64,000 nt of DNA from Laetmonice hystrix (lineage: Eukaryota), in assembly GCA_965235115.1 (NCBI GenBank), contig OZ249451.1, positions 18,724,001-18,788,000 of the forward strand. The letters run 5' to 3'. Positions 38,791-52,049 of this stretch are shown in pieces. Every line of letters starts with the position of its first letter. The first letter of the stretch is position 1. The notes below the pieces were generated by a model. The model had not been told where the DNA came from and made no database searches. It saw only the letters and a program-made list of their open reading frames with translations. Made by a program: the position numbers and the translations under genes.

Positions 38791-39459
38791 GCTTTCTGTT
38801 AGCCATCACCGGGCCTAACATCAAGCGGATGCGTATGGTAAGGCACCGGGGACCAGGCTAACGTACACTGGAGCCGTTGCAGGCATATAGTATCCTGTAC
38901 CACAAGTGACTCTCTCCTTGTCTGTATTTTAAAAAGAATGTAATATCTTTGAGATTTTACAGCACTAGACCAGATAAATGAGGCGTTTTCCTTGGGTGAT
39001 TTTTTTCAGTCGTCATAGTAACTGGATTGTTTTTATTGAGTGCTGTATCCTGGTAAGTTCACCGACAACTCCATGCTATGTGCAGTATCCCGTCCGGATG
39101 GTAATGTTTTATATAAAATAATTTTGTTAAAGAACAGCATTTTCCCAAGTATGGTTTAGTGCAGGCAAACCTCGGTTCGATACCTACGAACAGCTTGAGG
39201 AGACGGAGGGCGCAATCATGGACTTGATAGATATCGCAGACATTGCTTCCTGCACTCCACGCCAGAGGGCAGCAGGAGTGTTACATCGTTTCGTACACAC
39301 GTATGTCGGGGTGTTACTAATCGATTATCGTGTCATGTTTCACTTTTATTCTGTAGTTTTCACGTCCCTGATTCTGTATCAAACGTAATCGGTAAATAAT
39401 CGTTGGAATTAGATTCCATTCCACACAGAAAGATACACATTAAATATTATATTCGGCAC

Positions 39460-39564
39460 GGTGCGTTTCACAACAATCGTAACCCTGAATGCGTAAAACT
39501 CCCCATTGAAAATACATTGGTGTTTACGATACGACAAGCTTACGACAGGTTGTGAAACGCACCC
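39460..39564. mobile_element. About 105-bp PIF/Harbinger-like MITE
   Basis: 15-bp TIR GGTGCGTTTCACAAC / GTTGTGAAACGCACC. Right flank CTG, left flank degenerate. Central CCCCATTGAAAATACATTGG. Confidence 0.7.
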
Positions 39565-40218
39565 CTGACCGTAAAAAAACCGGTTAATCAGAAAAACGTT
39601 TTACCCGGGTTTTAGATGAGACTTCGATTATTGATTGAGCGATTAATTTATATTTTTTATTCAGTACCATATTGAAACCATTCTGCACTGTCCTCTCCCA
39701 GAAGACTGAAGCACAAATTTTGCTGACACGTACCATATTGATCTGGCGATCCGTTCCACGAGGCGAAGCCGTGACTGTGATCTTTTATTACAGAAAAACC
39801 TGCCGAACATGGCGACAAGCGCCCCCCCCCCCCGGATATATTCCCATTAAGGTCAAGGCCATATGGTAGTCTTTAGAACAGCAGGTGTTGTATAATAGCT
39901 GGCGCACTCTACACATTTGACAACAGAATACTCTTTTTTTCCATTTCTCGCTGCATACATGAAAAACTCACAAGACTTCAATATGATAAACATAAGCGTA
40001 CACTGAGAACTAAATCAGAACAAACGTTCAAACGTCTATTCAAAAGGTTCCGGATAAATTAAAGGCTAAATCCTACGTACAACGTCTTGAAAACTGTTAA
40101 ACAGATATTGGCAGCATTGGCCAGCTATCTGAAATGTTACAATAGGCCCACCACACACTGCAACACACCGCCATGCATGTTTATCTTAGCCTTGTAGAAC
40201 CGCGTTATAATGAAGATG

Positions 40219-40356
40219 CGCGCCATTCTGAATATGGGCGTTTTCTTCTGAATATGGGTATTATTCTGAATACTGGTGTTATTGAGCAATCTTCTGAATA
40301 TTGGGGAGTTGAAATCTGGGCATTATTCTGAATGTGCATGGACATTATTCTGAACA
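40219..40356. repeat. Degenerate repeat of a TTCTGAATAT motif
   Basis: About 6 spaced copies of (A)TTCTGAA(T/C)(A/G)T. Confidence 0.65.
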
Positions 40357-41586
40357 TGAGCGTAATTTTCAATTTATTAGCTGTCAAATGCCTTACCATC
40401 ATCATCCACCCTCTCCCCAAACCAAAACCTGCCTGGTGCTGTGCCTTCCAAGGCCACACGGCCGCTCCTCCGCCACGGTAGACAGCGGGAGGACATGTAG
40501 ATCCATACACACACGGATATATTATGATCCAATCTCCTGCCTGGTTTGGTCGAGAGCACTAATGAAGATTGTTCTTACCCGCCACATGCTTTCATCTCAT
40601 TATGTCCTGGGGAGAATCAATAAAGACACACAGGGCCAGGAGGTTGGGGTAAACAAGTCGGGGTTGACGGGGGAGGGGGTGACACAGACCCCTTCCCCCA
40701 ACAATGACGTCACAACTGTCAAACCATTATATTAGACTTAACTAAACGTCGGTAACCATATTTGGCGAGCCCTACACCATCCTACACCCATCCTACATAT
40801 TGACAACAGAAAGCGGGCTGGCAGTTTGGCTAAAACTGGAGTCAATTCTGATTGTAATGTCTGGCCAGTTGAGTTAGGGCTAAGGGACCATTTGGTACAC
40901 AGAGGAGTATGTATGTGTCGGTGGCGGGGGGGGGGGGTATAACTCGTTTCTCTTTTCTTCATTTCCAAAATCAAATATAACGTTGTTTTTTTAAAATCGG
41001 TATCTTGACCTCTTTGTACACATGTGAGAAGAAACGTTTTTAGGCCTAATACCATTTGCTCAACAAAACCTGTCCTCCAGTATACAAAGATTGGCTCCAA
41101 AAACCCAAAGTTACATAGTAGCAGAATTCGTATGCACCACGTATTAGGTACTACACTTTTTTTTACAAGGTGGGGATATTTCATACTTAGACCCGAGTGT
41201 TAGTGCAATTCTAAAACAACTCATTAACTGTGCTTAATTAACGGGCAATATTAAAGGAGCTGATAAAAAATGATACGAATAGAATGGCCAATTCTTCTCC
41301 AAGTGTACAGAGGTCTGTTAATACATCATCCAATGGAGCCAGACTTGATTACAAGGTACCGACTGGCCTTGCGCGCTCCACAGTCTGAGGTGAGGAATAA
41401 TGAGATAATACCTGTGAACCTTGGCGAGACGATGACCCTGCTCTGACGAAGGGCGTCTTCAAGGGTATTCTGAGAGTGCTACAACGGGCCTCGACTCGAG
41501 TACTCAGGCTTAGAGGGGGCACCAGGAATCATTCTGAACTTATACGTCTACCTGAGCATACCCGCTTAGCTCCTAGAGCTGGCTCA

Positions 41587-41947
41587 TGCGGGATTTCCAC
41601 CAGACACGAGCGAGCGATTTGTTTTAGTGCGCCCGCGCTTCAAAAGTAGAAATAGTTGAAGTGTTTGCAGTAATTTCCACCAGACGCGCGCGCGCACACA
41701 TCATGTCATCTGTCGCGCGTGCGATTTTTCAAAGTTGGTCAACTTTCAACTTTTTGCGCTCGCTCGCTCGACGTAACGAGATTGTGTACTCGGAAATCTT
41801 CGCGACGCGCAGGACTGGACACTGCCATATCGGGTTTTGCGCTCGCACCTGGTGGAAATGGTCAAAGATGATGCGCTCGCTTGTGCTGACCAGGCGCGCG
41901 AATGTCAAGGATAAAATGGCTCGCTCGCGTCTGGTGGAAATCCCGCA
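41587..41947. mobile_element. PIF/Harbinger-like MITE (about 360 bp)
   Basis: About 29-bp TIR TGCGGGATTTCCACCAGACACGAGCGAGC / GCTCGCTCGCGTCTGGTGGAAATCCCGCA. Internal copies of TTTCCACCAG. Flanks TCA/TGA. Confidence 0.8.
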
Positions 41948-42205
41948 TGACTCTGAACCTACGTGAAGCTGAGCTTACCCGCCCAGCTCCTGGAGCTGAC
42001 TGACTCTGAACCTACGTGTAGCTGAGCTTACCCGCCCAGCTCCTGGAGCTGACTGACTCTGAACCTACGTGTAGCTGAGCTTACCCCAGCTCCTAGAGCT
42101 GACTGACTCTGAACCTACGTGTAGCTGAGCTTACCCGCCCAGCTCCTGGAGCTGACTGACTCTGAACCTACGTGTAGCTGAGCTTACCCGCCCAGCTCAT
42201 GGGGC
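41948..42205. repeat. 53-bp minisatellite, about 5 copies, abutting a MITE end
   Basis: Unit TGACTCTGAACCTACGTGTAGCTGAGCTTACCCGCCCAGCTCCTGGAGCTGAC. Confidence 0.95.
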
Positions 42206-42374
42206 TGGCTGCTATAGACTCGAACTCTCACTTAGGAATTACAGCGGCCAGCATTGTTTCCTGCGCTTGCGCCCCCAGTTTCTGGGACGAATGATTCTCC
42301 CGGGCTCACTCTCCAGTTTTTGAGGTGCCACTGTCGTCCGGGCAGCCCTCAGCTTTGTGTTCCGAACCTTTGAT

Positions 42375-45300
42375 AACCATGTGAAGTGACTCCTCCCCCT
42401 GAGCCAACCTCTCCTAACCATGTGAAGTGACTCCTCCCCCTGAGCCAACCTCTCCTAACCATGTGAAGTGACTCCTCCCCCTGAGCCAACCTCTCCTAAC
42501 CATGTGAAGTGACTCCTCCCCCTGAGCCAACCTCTCCTAACCATGTGAAGTGACTCCTCCCCCTGAGCCAACCTCTCCTAACCATGTGAAGTGACTCCTC
42601 CCACTGAGCCAACCTCTCCTAACCATGTGAAGTGACTCCTCCCCCTGAGCCAACCTCTCCTAACCATGTGAAGTGACTCCTCCCCCTGAGCCAACCCTCC
42701 TAACCATGTGAAGTGACTCCTCCCACTGAGCCAACCCCTCCTAACCATGTGAAGTGACTCCTCCCACTGAGCCAACCCCTCCTAACCATGTGAAGGGACT
42801 CATCCCCCTGAGCCAACCTCTCCTAACCATGTGAAGTGACTCCTCCCCCTGAGCCAACCTCTCCTAACCACGTGAAGTGACTCCTACCACTGAGCCAACC
42901 TCTCCTAACCATGTGAAGTGACTCCTCCTCCAGCCAACCTCTCCTAACCATGTGAAGTGACTCCTCCCCCTGCGCCAACCCTCCTAACCATGTGAAGTGA
43001 CTCCTCCCCCCTGAGCCAACCTCTCCTAACCATGTGAAGTGACTCCTCCCCCTGAGCCCCCCCCCTAACCATGTGAAGTGACTCCTCCCCCTCACCCTTC
43101 ACCCTCCTAACCATGTGAAGTGACTCCTCCCCCTGAGCCAACCTCTCCTAACCATGTGAAGTGACTCCTCCCCCAGAGCCAACCTCTCCTAACCATGTGA
43201 AGTGACTCCTCCCCCAGAGCCAACCTCTCCTAACCATGTGAAGTGACTCCTCCCCCTGAGCCAACCTCTCCTAACCATGTGAAGTGACTCCTCCCCCTGA
43301 GCCAACCTCTCCTAACCATGTGAAGTGACTCCTCCCCCTGAGCCAACCCCTCCTAACCATGTGAAGTGACCCCTCCCCCTGAGCCAACCTCTCCTAACCA
43401 TGTGAAGTGACTCCTCCCCCTGCCAACCTCTCCTAACCATGTGAAGTGACTCCTCCGCCTGAGCCAACCTCTCCTAACCATGTGAAGTGACCCCTCCCCC
43501 TGAGCCAACCTCTCGTAACCATGTGAAGTGACTCCTCCGCCTGAGCCAACCTCTCCTAACCATGTGAAGTGACCCCTCCCCCTGAGCCAACCTCTCGTAA
43601 CCATGTGAAGTGACTCCTCCCCCTGAGCCAACCCCTCCTAACCATGTGAAGTGACTCCTCCCCCTGAGCCAACCTCTCCTAACCATGTGAAGTGACTCCT
43701 CCCCCTGAGGCAAACTCTCCTAACCATGTGAAGTGACTCCTCCCCCTGAGCCAACCCCTCCTAACCATGTGAAGTGACTCCTCCCCCTGAGCCCCCCACC
43801 CCCCTAACCATGTGAAGTGACCCCTCCCCTGAGCCAACCTCTCCTAACCATGTGAAGTGACTCCTCCCCCTGAGCCAACCTCTCCTAACCATGTGAATTG
43901 ACTCCTCCCCCTGAGCCAACCTCTCCTAACCATGTGAAGTGACTCCTCCCCCTGAGTCAACCTCTCCTAACCATGTGAAGTGACTCCCTCTCCCTGAGCC
44001 AACCTCTCCTAACCATGTGAAGTGACTCCTCCCCCTGAGTCAACCTCTCCTAACCATGTGAAGTGACTCCTCCCCCTGCCAACCTCTCCTAACCATGTGA
44101 AGTGACTCCTCCCCCTGAGCCAACCTCTCCTAACCATGTGAATTCACTCCTCCCCCTGAGCCAACCTCTCCTAACCATGTGAAGTGACTCCTCCCCCTGA
44201 GTCAACCTCTCCTAACCATGTGAAGTGACTCCCTCTCCCTGAGCCAACCTCTCCTAACCATGTGAAGTGACTCCTCCCCCTGAGTCAACCTCTCCTAACC
44301 ATGTGAAGTGACTCCTCCCCCTGCCAACCTCTCCTAACCATGTGAAGTGACTCCTCCCCCTGAGCCAACCTCTCCTAACCATGTGAAGTGACACCTCCCC
44401 CTGAGCCAACCTCTCCTAACCATGTAAAGTGACCCCTCCCCCTGAGCCAACCCCTCCTAACCATGTAAAGTGACTCCTCCCCCTGAGCCCCCCACCCCCC
44501 TAACCATGTGAAGTGACTCCTCCCCCTGAGCCCCCCACCCCCCTAACCATGTGAAGTGACCCCTCCCCTGAGCCAACCTCTCCTAACCATGTGAAGTGAC
44601 TCCTCCCCCAGCCAGCCTCTCCTAACCATGTGAAGTGACTCCTCCCCCTGAGCCAACCTCTCCTAACCATGTGAAGTGACCCCTCCCCCTGAGCCAACCC
44701 CTCCTAACCATGTGAAGTGACCCCTCCCCCTGAGCCAACCTCTCCTAACCATGTGAAGTGACTCCTCCCCCAGCCAGCCTCTCCTAACCATGTGAAGTGA
44801 CTCCTCCCCCTGAGCCAACCTCTCCTAACCATGTGAAGTGACCCCTCCCCCTGAGCCAACCCCTCCTAACCATGTGAAGTGACTCCTCCCCCTGAGCCAA
44901 CCTCTCCTAACCATGTGAAGTGACTCCTCCCCCTGGGCCAACCTCCCCTAACCATGTGAAGTGACTCCCTCTCCCTGAGCCAACCTCTCCTAACTATGTG
45001 AAGTGACTCCCTCCCCCTGAGCCAACCTCTCCTAACCATGTGAAGTGACCCCTCGCCCTGAGCCAACCTCTCCTAACCATGTGAAGTGACCCCTCCTCCT
45101 GAGCCAACCTCTCCTAACGATGTGAAGTGACTCCTCCCTCTGAGTCAACCTCTCCTAACCATGTGAAGTGACCCCTCCCTCTGAGTCAACCTCTCCTAAC
45201 CATGTGAAGTGACTCCTCCCTCTGAGTCAACCTCTCCTAACCATGTGAAGTGACCCCTCGCCCTGAGCCAACCTCTCCTAACCATGTGAAGTGACCCCTC

Positions 45301-48300
45301 CTCCTGAGCCAACCTCTCCTAACGATGTGAAGTGACCCCTCCCCCTAAGCAAACCTCTCCTAACCATGTGAAGTGACTCCTCCCCCTGAGCCAAACTCTC
45401 CTAACCATGTGAAGTGACTCCTCCCCCTGAGCCAACCTCTCCTAACCATGTGAAGTGACCCCTCCCCCTGAGCCAACCTCTCCTAACCATGTGAAGTGAC
45501 TCCTCCCCCTGAGCCAACCTCTCCTAACCATGTGAAGTGACTCCTCCCCCTGAGCCCCCCACCCCCCTAACCATGTGAAGTGACTCCCTCTCCCTGAGCC
45601 AACCTCTCCTAACCATGTGAAGTGACTCCTCCCCCTGAGCCCCCCACCCCCCTAACCATGTGAAGTGACCCCTCCCCTGAGCCAACCTCTCCTAACCATG
45701 TGAAGTGACTCCTCCCCCTGAGCCAACCTCTCCTAACCATGTGAATTGACTCCTCCCCCTGAGCCAACCTCTCCTAACCATGTGAAGTGACTCCTCCCCC
45801 TGAGCCAACCTCTCCTAACCATGTGAAGTGACCCCTCCCCTGAGCCAACCTCTCCTAACCATGTGAAGTGACTCCTCCCCCTGAGCCAACCTCTCCTAAC
45901 CATGTGAAGTGACTCCTCCCCCTGAGCCAACCTCTCCTAACCATGTGAAGTGACTCCTCCCCCCGAGCCAACCTCTCCTAACCATGTGAAGTGACTCCTC
46001 CCCCTGAGCCAACCCTCCTAACCATGTGAAGTGACTCCTCCCCCCGAGCCAACCTCTCCTAACCATGTGAAGTGACTCCTCCCCCTGAGTCAACCTCTCC
46101 TAACCATGTGAAGTGACTCCCTCTCCCTGAGCCAACCTCTCCTAACCATGTGAAGTGACTCCTCCCCCTGAGTCAACCTCTCCTAACCATGTGAAGTGAC
46201 TCCTCCCCCTGCCAACCTCTCCTAACCATGTGAAGTGACTCCTCCCCCTGAGCCAACCTCTCCTAACCATGTGAAGTGACTCCTCCCCCTGAGCCAACCT
46301 CTCCTAACCATGTGAAGTGACTCCTCCCCCCGAGCCAACCTCTCCTAACCATGTGAAGTGACCCCTCCCCCTGAGCCAACCTCTCCTAACCATGTGAAGT
46401 GACTCCTCCCCCTGAGCCCCCCACCCCCCTAACCATGTGAAGTGACTCCTCCCCCCGAGCCAACCTCTCCTAACCATGTGAAGTGACTCCTCCCCCTGAG
46501 CCAACCTCTCCTAACCATGTGAAGTGACTCCTCCGCCTGAGCCAACCTCTCCTAACCATGTGAAGTGACTCCTCCCCCTGAGCCAACCTCTCCTAACCAT
46601 GTGAAGTGACTCCTCCCCCTGAGCCAACCTCTCCTAACCATGTGAAGTGACTCCTCCCGCTGAGCCAACCTCTCCTAACCATGTGAAGTGACTCCTCCCC
46701 CTGAGCCAACCCCTCCTAACCATGTGAAGTGACCCCTCCCCCTGAGCCAACCTCCCCTAACCATGAGAATTGACCCCTCCCCCTGAGCCAACCTCTCCTA
46801 ACCATGTGAAGTGACTCCCTCTCCCTGAGCCAACCTCTCCTAACCATGTGAATTGACTCCTCCCCCTGAGCCAACCTCTCCTAACCATGTCAAGTGACTC
46901 CCCCCCCCCCCTGAGCCAACCTCTCCTAACCATGTGAAGTGACTCCTCCCCCTGAGCCAACCTCTCCTAACCATGTAAAGTGACCCCTCCCCCTGAGCCA
47001 ACCCCTCCTAACCATGTAAAGTGACTCCTCCCCCTGAGCCCCCCACCCCCCTAACCATGTGAAGTGACTCCTCCCCCTGAGCCAACCTCTCCTAACCATG
47101 TGAAGTGACCCCTCCCCCTGAGCCAACCTCTCCTAACCATGTGAAGTGACTCCTCCCCCTGAGCCAACCTCCCCTAACCATGTGAAGTGACTCCCTCTCC
47201 CTGAGCCAACCTCTCCTAACCATGTGAAGTGACTCCTCCCCCGGAGCCAACCCTCCTAACCATGTGAAGTGACTCCTCCCCCGGAGCCAACCCCTCCTAA
47301 CCATGTGAAGTGACTCCTCCCCCTGAGCCAACCTCTCCTAACCATGTGAAGTGACTCCTCCCCCTGAGCCAAACTCTCCTATCCATGTGAAGTGACTCCT
47401 CCCCCTGAGCCAACCTCTCCTAACCATGTGAAGTGACCCCTCCCCCTGAGCCAACCTCTCCTAACCATGTGAAGTGACTCCTCCCCCTGAGCCCCCACCC
47501 CCCTAACCATGTGAAGTGACCCCTCCCCTGAGCCAACCTCTCCTAACCATGTGAAGTGACCCCTCCCCCTGAGCCAACCCCTCCTAACCATGTGAAGTGA
47601 CTCCTCCCCCTGAGCCAAACTCTCCTATCCATGTGAAGTGACTCCTCCCCCTGAGCCAACCTCTCCTAACCATGTGAAGTGACTCCTCCCCCTGAGCCAA
47701 CCTCTCCTAACCATGTGAAGTGACCCCTCCCCCTGAGCCAACCTCTCCTAACCATGTGAAGTGACTCCTCCCCCTGAGCCCCCCACCCCCCTAACCATGT
47801 GAAGTGACCCCTCCCCTGAGCCAACCTCTCCTAACCATGTGAAGTGACTCCTCCCCCAGCCAGCCTCTCCTAACCATGTGAAGTGACTCCTCCCCCAGCC
47901 AGCCTCTCCTAACCATGTGAAGTGACTCCTCCCCCAGCCAGCCTCTCCTAACCATGTGAAGTGACCCCTCCCCTGAGCCAACCTCTCCTAACCATGTGAA
48001 GTGACTCCTCCCCCAGCCAGCCTCTCCTAACCATGTGAAGTGACTCCTCCCCCTGAGCCCCCCACCCCCCTAACCATGTGAAGTGACCCCTCCCCTGAGC
48101 CAACCTCTCCTAACCATGTGAAGTGACTCCTCCCCCAGCCAGCCTCTCCTAACCATGTGAAGTGACCCCTCCCCTGAGCCAACCTCTCCTAACCATGTGA
48201 AGTGACCCCTCCCCCTGAGCCAACCCCTCCTAACCATGTGAAGTGACTCCTCCCCCTGAGCCAAACTCTCCTATCCATGTGAAGTGACTCCTCCCCCTGA

Positions 48301-48756
48301 GCCAACCTCCCCTAACCATGTGAAGTGACTCCTCCCCCTGAGCCAAACTCTCCTATCCATGTGAAGTGACTCCTCCCCCTGAGCCAACCTCTCCTAACCA
48401 TGTGAAGTGACTCCTCCCCCTGAGCCAACCTCTCCTAACCATGTGAAGTGACTCCTCCCCCTGAGCCAACCTCTTCTAACCATGTGAAGTGACTCCTCCC
48501 CCTGAGCCAACCTCTTCTAACCATGTGAAGTGACTCCTCCCCCTGAGCCAACCTCTTCTAACCATGTGAAGTGACTCCTCCCCCTGAGCCAACCTCTTCT
48601 AACCATGTGAAGTGACTCCTCCCCCTGAGCCAACCTCTCCTAACCATGTGAAGTGACTCCTCCCGCTGAGCCAACCTCTCCTAACCATGTGAAGTGACTC
48701 CTCCCACTGAGCCAACCCTCCTAACCATGTGAAGTGACTCCTCCCACTGAGCCAAC
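42375..48756. repeat. 41-bp minisatellite, about 155 copies (6.4 kb)
   Basis: Unit AACCATGTGAAGTGACTCCTCCCCCTGAGCCAACCTCTCCT, with recurrent variant units. Confidence 0.99.
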
Positions 48757-49496
48757 AGTTCGTTCAGAGCTATATAAACTTATTAAAGAGTGCTCCAACT
48801 GTATCTTTCGGCTCGGCTCGGCACAACATGATGAACCAATGTTATCGAGTTATGACTGTATCCTCAGAGTAGACAGATTGTGTGAACTGTAATGACATAC
48901 GTATTGTGTGTGTTGTTTCCGAACTTGACTTGAACTTTACTGTACTGTGTAGTACTCACTAGATTATGCACAGTGTAATGCCTGATGTATGTTTGCCTGT
49001 CTGCCATATAACCTGTTCACACGTGTCTGGCTGCTCGATTGGATTATTTACATATGGTTATAGATTGACTATCTCCCTTTCGAAAGATCAGATGTATAAC
49101 TATTGATCTATCATTCTCCATCTTCACTTCTACCCTGAGATCATGGTTAATCCGGAGATATTTTCCTTCAAAGCAGAAATCTACCCTGATGTTATATATC
49201 ATTTCACTCCCTACTCTGCCCTGACCCTGACCACTGTATATGTAATATTGTTTGAAGGTATGCACTGTTTGACCGCAGGCTTGCGGCTGGCATTCAACTC
49301 AATATTTGTGCAGGCATCTCCTCTGATGAGCCAAAGCAATCACAGCCGGCCATGCGTGCTCTGGGCGGGAACAGGAAGAAGGCGGGGGAGGGGGCTACCA
49401 CTGGACAGTCGCCATTAGCCTCAAGTCAAGGAGCCTTGTCAGCAAAAGAGTGCGATCCATATTGTTTGTCACAGCCACCAGGAGCTACTTTTGAAA

Positions 49497-51954
49497 GAGA
49501 TCTTCCAGATGTCTTCTCAGTACCTGCTGCTCAAACTAGAGATCTTCAATATATCTGTTCTACCTCTCAGTACCTGCTACTCAAACTAGAGATCTTCCAT
49601 ATATAGACTATCTGTTCTACCTCTCAGTACCTGCTGCTCAAACTAGAGATCTTCCATATATCTGTTCTACCTCTCAGTACCTGCTGCTCAAACTAGAGAT
49701 CTTCCATATATCTGTTCTACCTCTCAGTACCTGTGCTCAAACTAGAGATCTTCCATATATCTGTTCTACCTCTCAGTACCTGCTGCTCAAACTAGAGATC
49801 TTCCATATATCTGTTTTACCTCTCAGTACCTGCTGCTCAAACTAGAGATCTTCCATATCTGTTCTACCTCTCAGTACCTGCTGCTCAAACTAAAGATCTT
49901 CCATATATCTGTTCTACCTCTCAGTACCTGTGCTCAAACTAGAGATCTTCCATATATCTGTTCTACCTCTCAGTACCTGCTGCTCAAACTAGAGATCTTC
50001 CATATATCTGTTCTACCTCTCAGTACCTGCTGCTCAAACTGGAGATCTTCCATATATCTGTTCTACCTCTCAGTACCTGCTGCTCAAACTAGAGATCTTC
50101 CATATATCTGTTCTACCTCTCAGTACCTGCTGCTCAAACTAGAGATCTTCCATATCTGTTCTACCTCTCAGTACCTGCTGCTCAAACTAGAGATCTTCCA
50201 TATATCTGTTCTACCTCTCAGTACCTGCTGCTCAAACTAGAGATCTTCCATATATCTGTTCTACCTCTCAGTACCTGCTGCTCAAACTAGAGATCTTCCA
50301 TATATCTGTTCTACCTCTCAGTACCTGCTGCTCAAACTAGAGATCTTCCATATATATCTGTTCTACCTCTCAGTACCTGCTGCTCAAACTAGAGATCTTC
50401 CATATATCTGTCTACCTCTCAGTACCTGCTGCTCAAACTGGAGATCTTCCATATCTGTTCTACCTCTCAGTACCTGCTGCTCAAACTAGAGATCTTCCAT
50501 ATATCTGTTCTACCTCTCAGTACCTGCTGCTCAAACTAGAGATCTTCCATATCTGTTCTACCTTTCAGTACCTGCTGCTCAAACTAGGGACCTTTCATAT
50601 ATCTGTTCTACCTCTCAGTACCTGCTACTCAAACTAGAGATCTTCCAAGTCCCATATATCCGTTCTACCTCTCAGTACCTGCTGCTCAAACTAGAGATCT
50701 TCCATATATCTGTTCTACCTCTCAGTACCTGTGCTCAAACTAGAGATCTTCCATATATCTGTTCTACCTCTCAGTACCTGCTGCTCAAACTAGAGATCTT
50801 CCATATATCTGTTTTACCTCTCTGTACCTGCTGCTCAAACTAGAGATCTTCCATATCTGTTCTACCTCTCAGTACCTGCTGCTCAAACTAGAGATCTTCC
50901 ATATATCTGTTCTACCTCTCAGTACCTGTGCTCAAACTAGAGATCTTCCATATATCTGTTCTACCTCTCAGTACCTGCTGCTCAAACTAGAGATCTTCCA
51001 TATATCTGTTCTACCTCTCAGTACCTGCTGCTCAAACTAGAGATCTTCCATATATCTGTTCTACCTCTCAGTACCTGCTGCTCAAACTAGAGATCTTCCA
51101 TATATCTGTTCTACCTCTCAGTACCTGCTGCTCAAACTAGAGATCTTCCATATATATATCTGTTCTACCTCTCAGTACCTGCTGCTCAAACTAGAGATCT
51201 TCCATATATCTGTTCTACCTCTCAGTACCTGCTGCTCAAACTGGAGATCTTCCATATATCTGTTCTACCTCTCAGTACCTGCTGCTCAAACTGGAGATCT
51301 TCCATATATCTGTTCTACCTCTCAGTACCTGCTGCTCAAACTAGAGATCTTCCATATATCTGTTTTACCTCTCAGTACCTGCTGCTCAAACTAGAGATCT
51401 TCCATATATCTGTTCTACCTCTCAGTACCTGCTGCTCAAACTAGAGATCTTCCATATATATCTGTTCTACCTCTCAGTACCTGCTGCTCAAACTAGAGAT
51501 CTTCCATATATCTGTTCTACCTCTCAGTACCTGCTGCTCAAACTAGATATCTTCCATATATCTGTTCTACCTCTCAGTACCTGCTGCTCAAACTAGAGAT
51601 CTTCCATATCTGTTCTACCTTTCAGTACCTGCTGCTCAAACTAGAGATCTTCCATATATCTGTTTTACCTCTCAGTACCTGCTGCTCAAACTAGAGATCT
51701 TCCATATATCTGTTCTACCTCTCAGTACCTGCTGCTCAAACTAGAGATCTTCCATATATCTGTTCTACCTCTCAGTACCTGCTGCTCAAACTAGAGATCT
51801 TCCATATCTGTTCTACCTTTCAGTACCTGCTGCTCAAACTAGGGACCTTTCATATATCTGTTCTACCTCTCAGTACCTGCTACTCAAACTAGAGATCTTC
51901 CAAGTCCCATATATCCGTTCTACCTCTCAGTACCTGCTGCTCAAACTAGAGATC
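49497..51954. repeat. 50-bp minisatellite, about 49 copies, with higher-order duplication
   Basis: Unit TCTTCCATATATCTGTTCTACCTCTCAGTACCTGCTGCTCAAACTAGAGA. Confidence 0.98.
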
Positions 51955-52049
51955 ATGTCATTCAGGTGTTTAGTTGTCACACCTAACAGGATCTACTCCT
52001 CAAACAATATATTTCATTCACTTACACCAGAACTCCATGGAGTCTCTGT

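Noticed and set aside
42578-48264. About 20 short minus-strand ORFs (MAQGEESLHMVRRGW...)
   Set aside because: All are translations of the 41-bp array.
13041-51954. Regular arrays considered as CRISPR arrays
   Set aside because: Units are head-to-tail with no unique spacers, there are no cas genes, and the context is a spliced eukaryotic genome.
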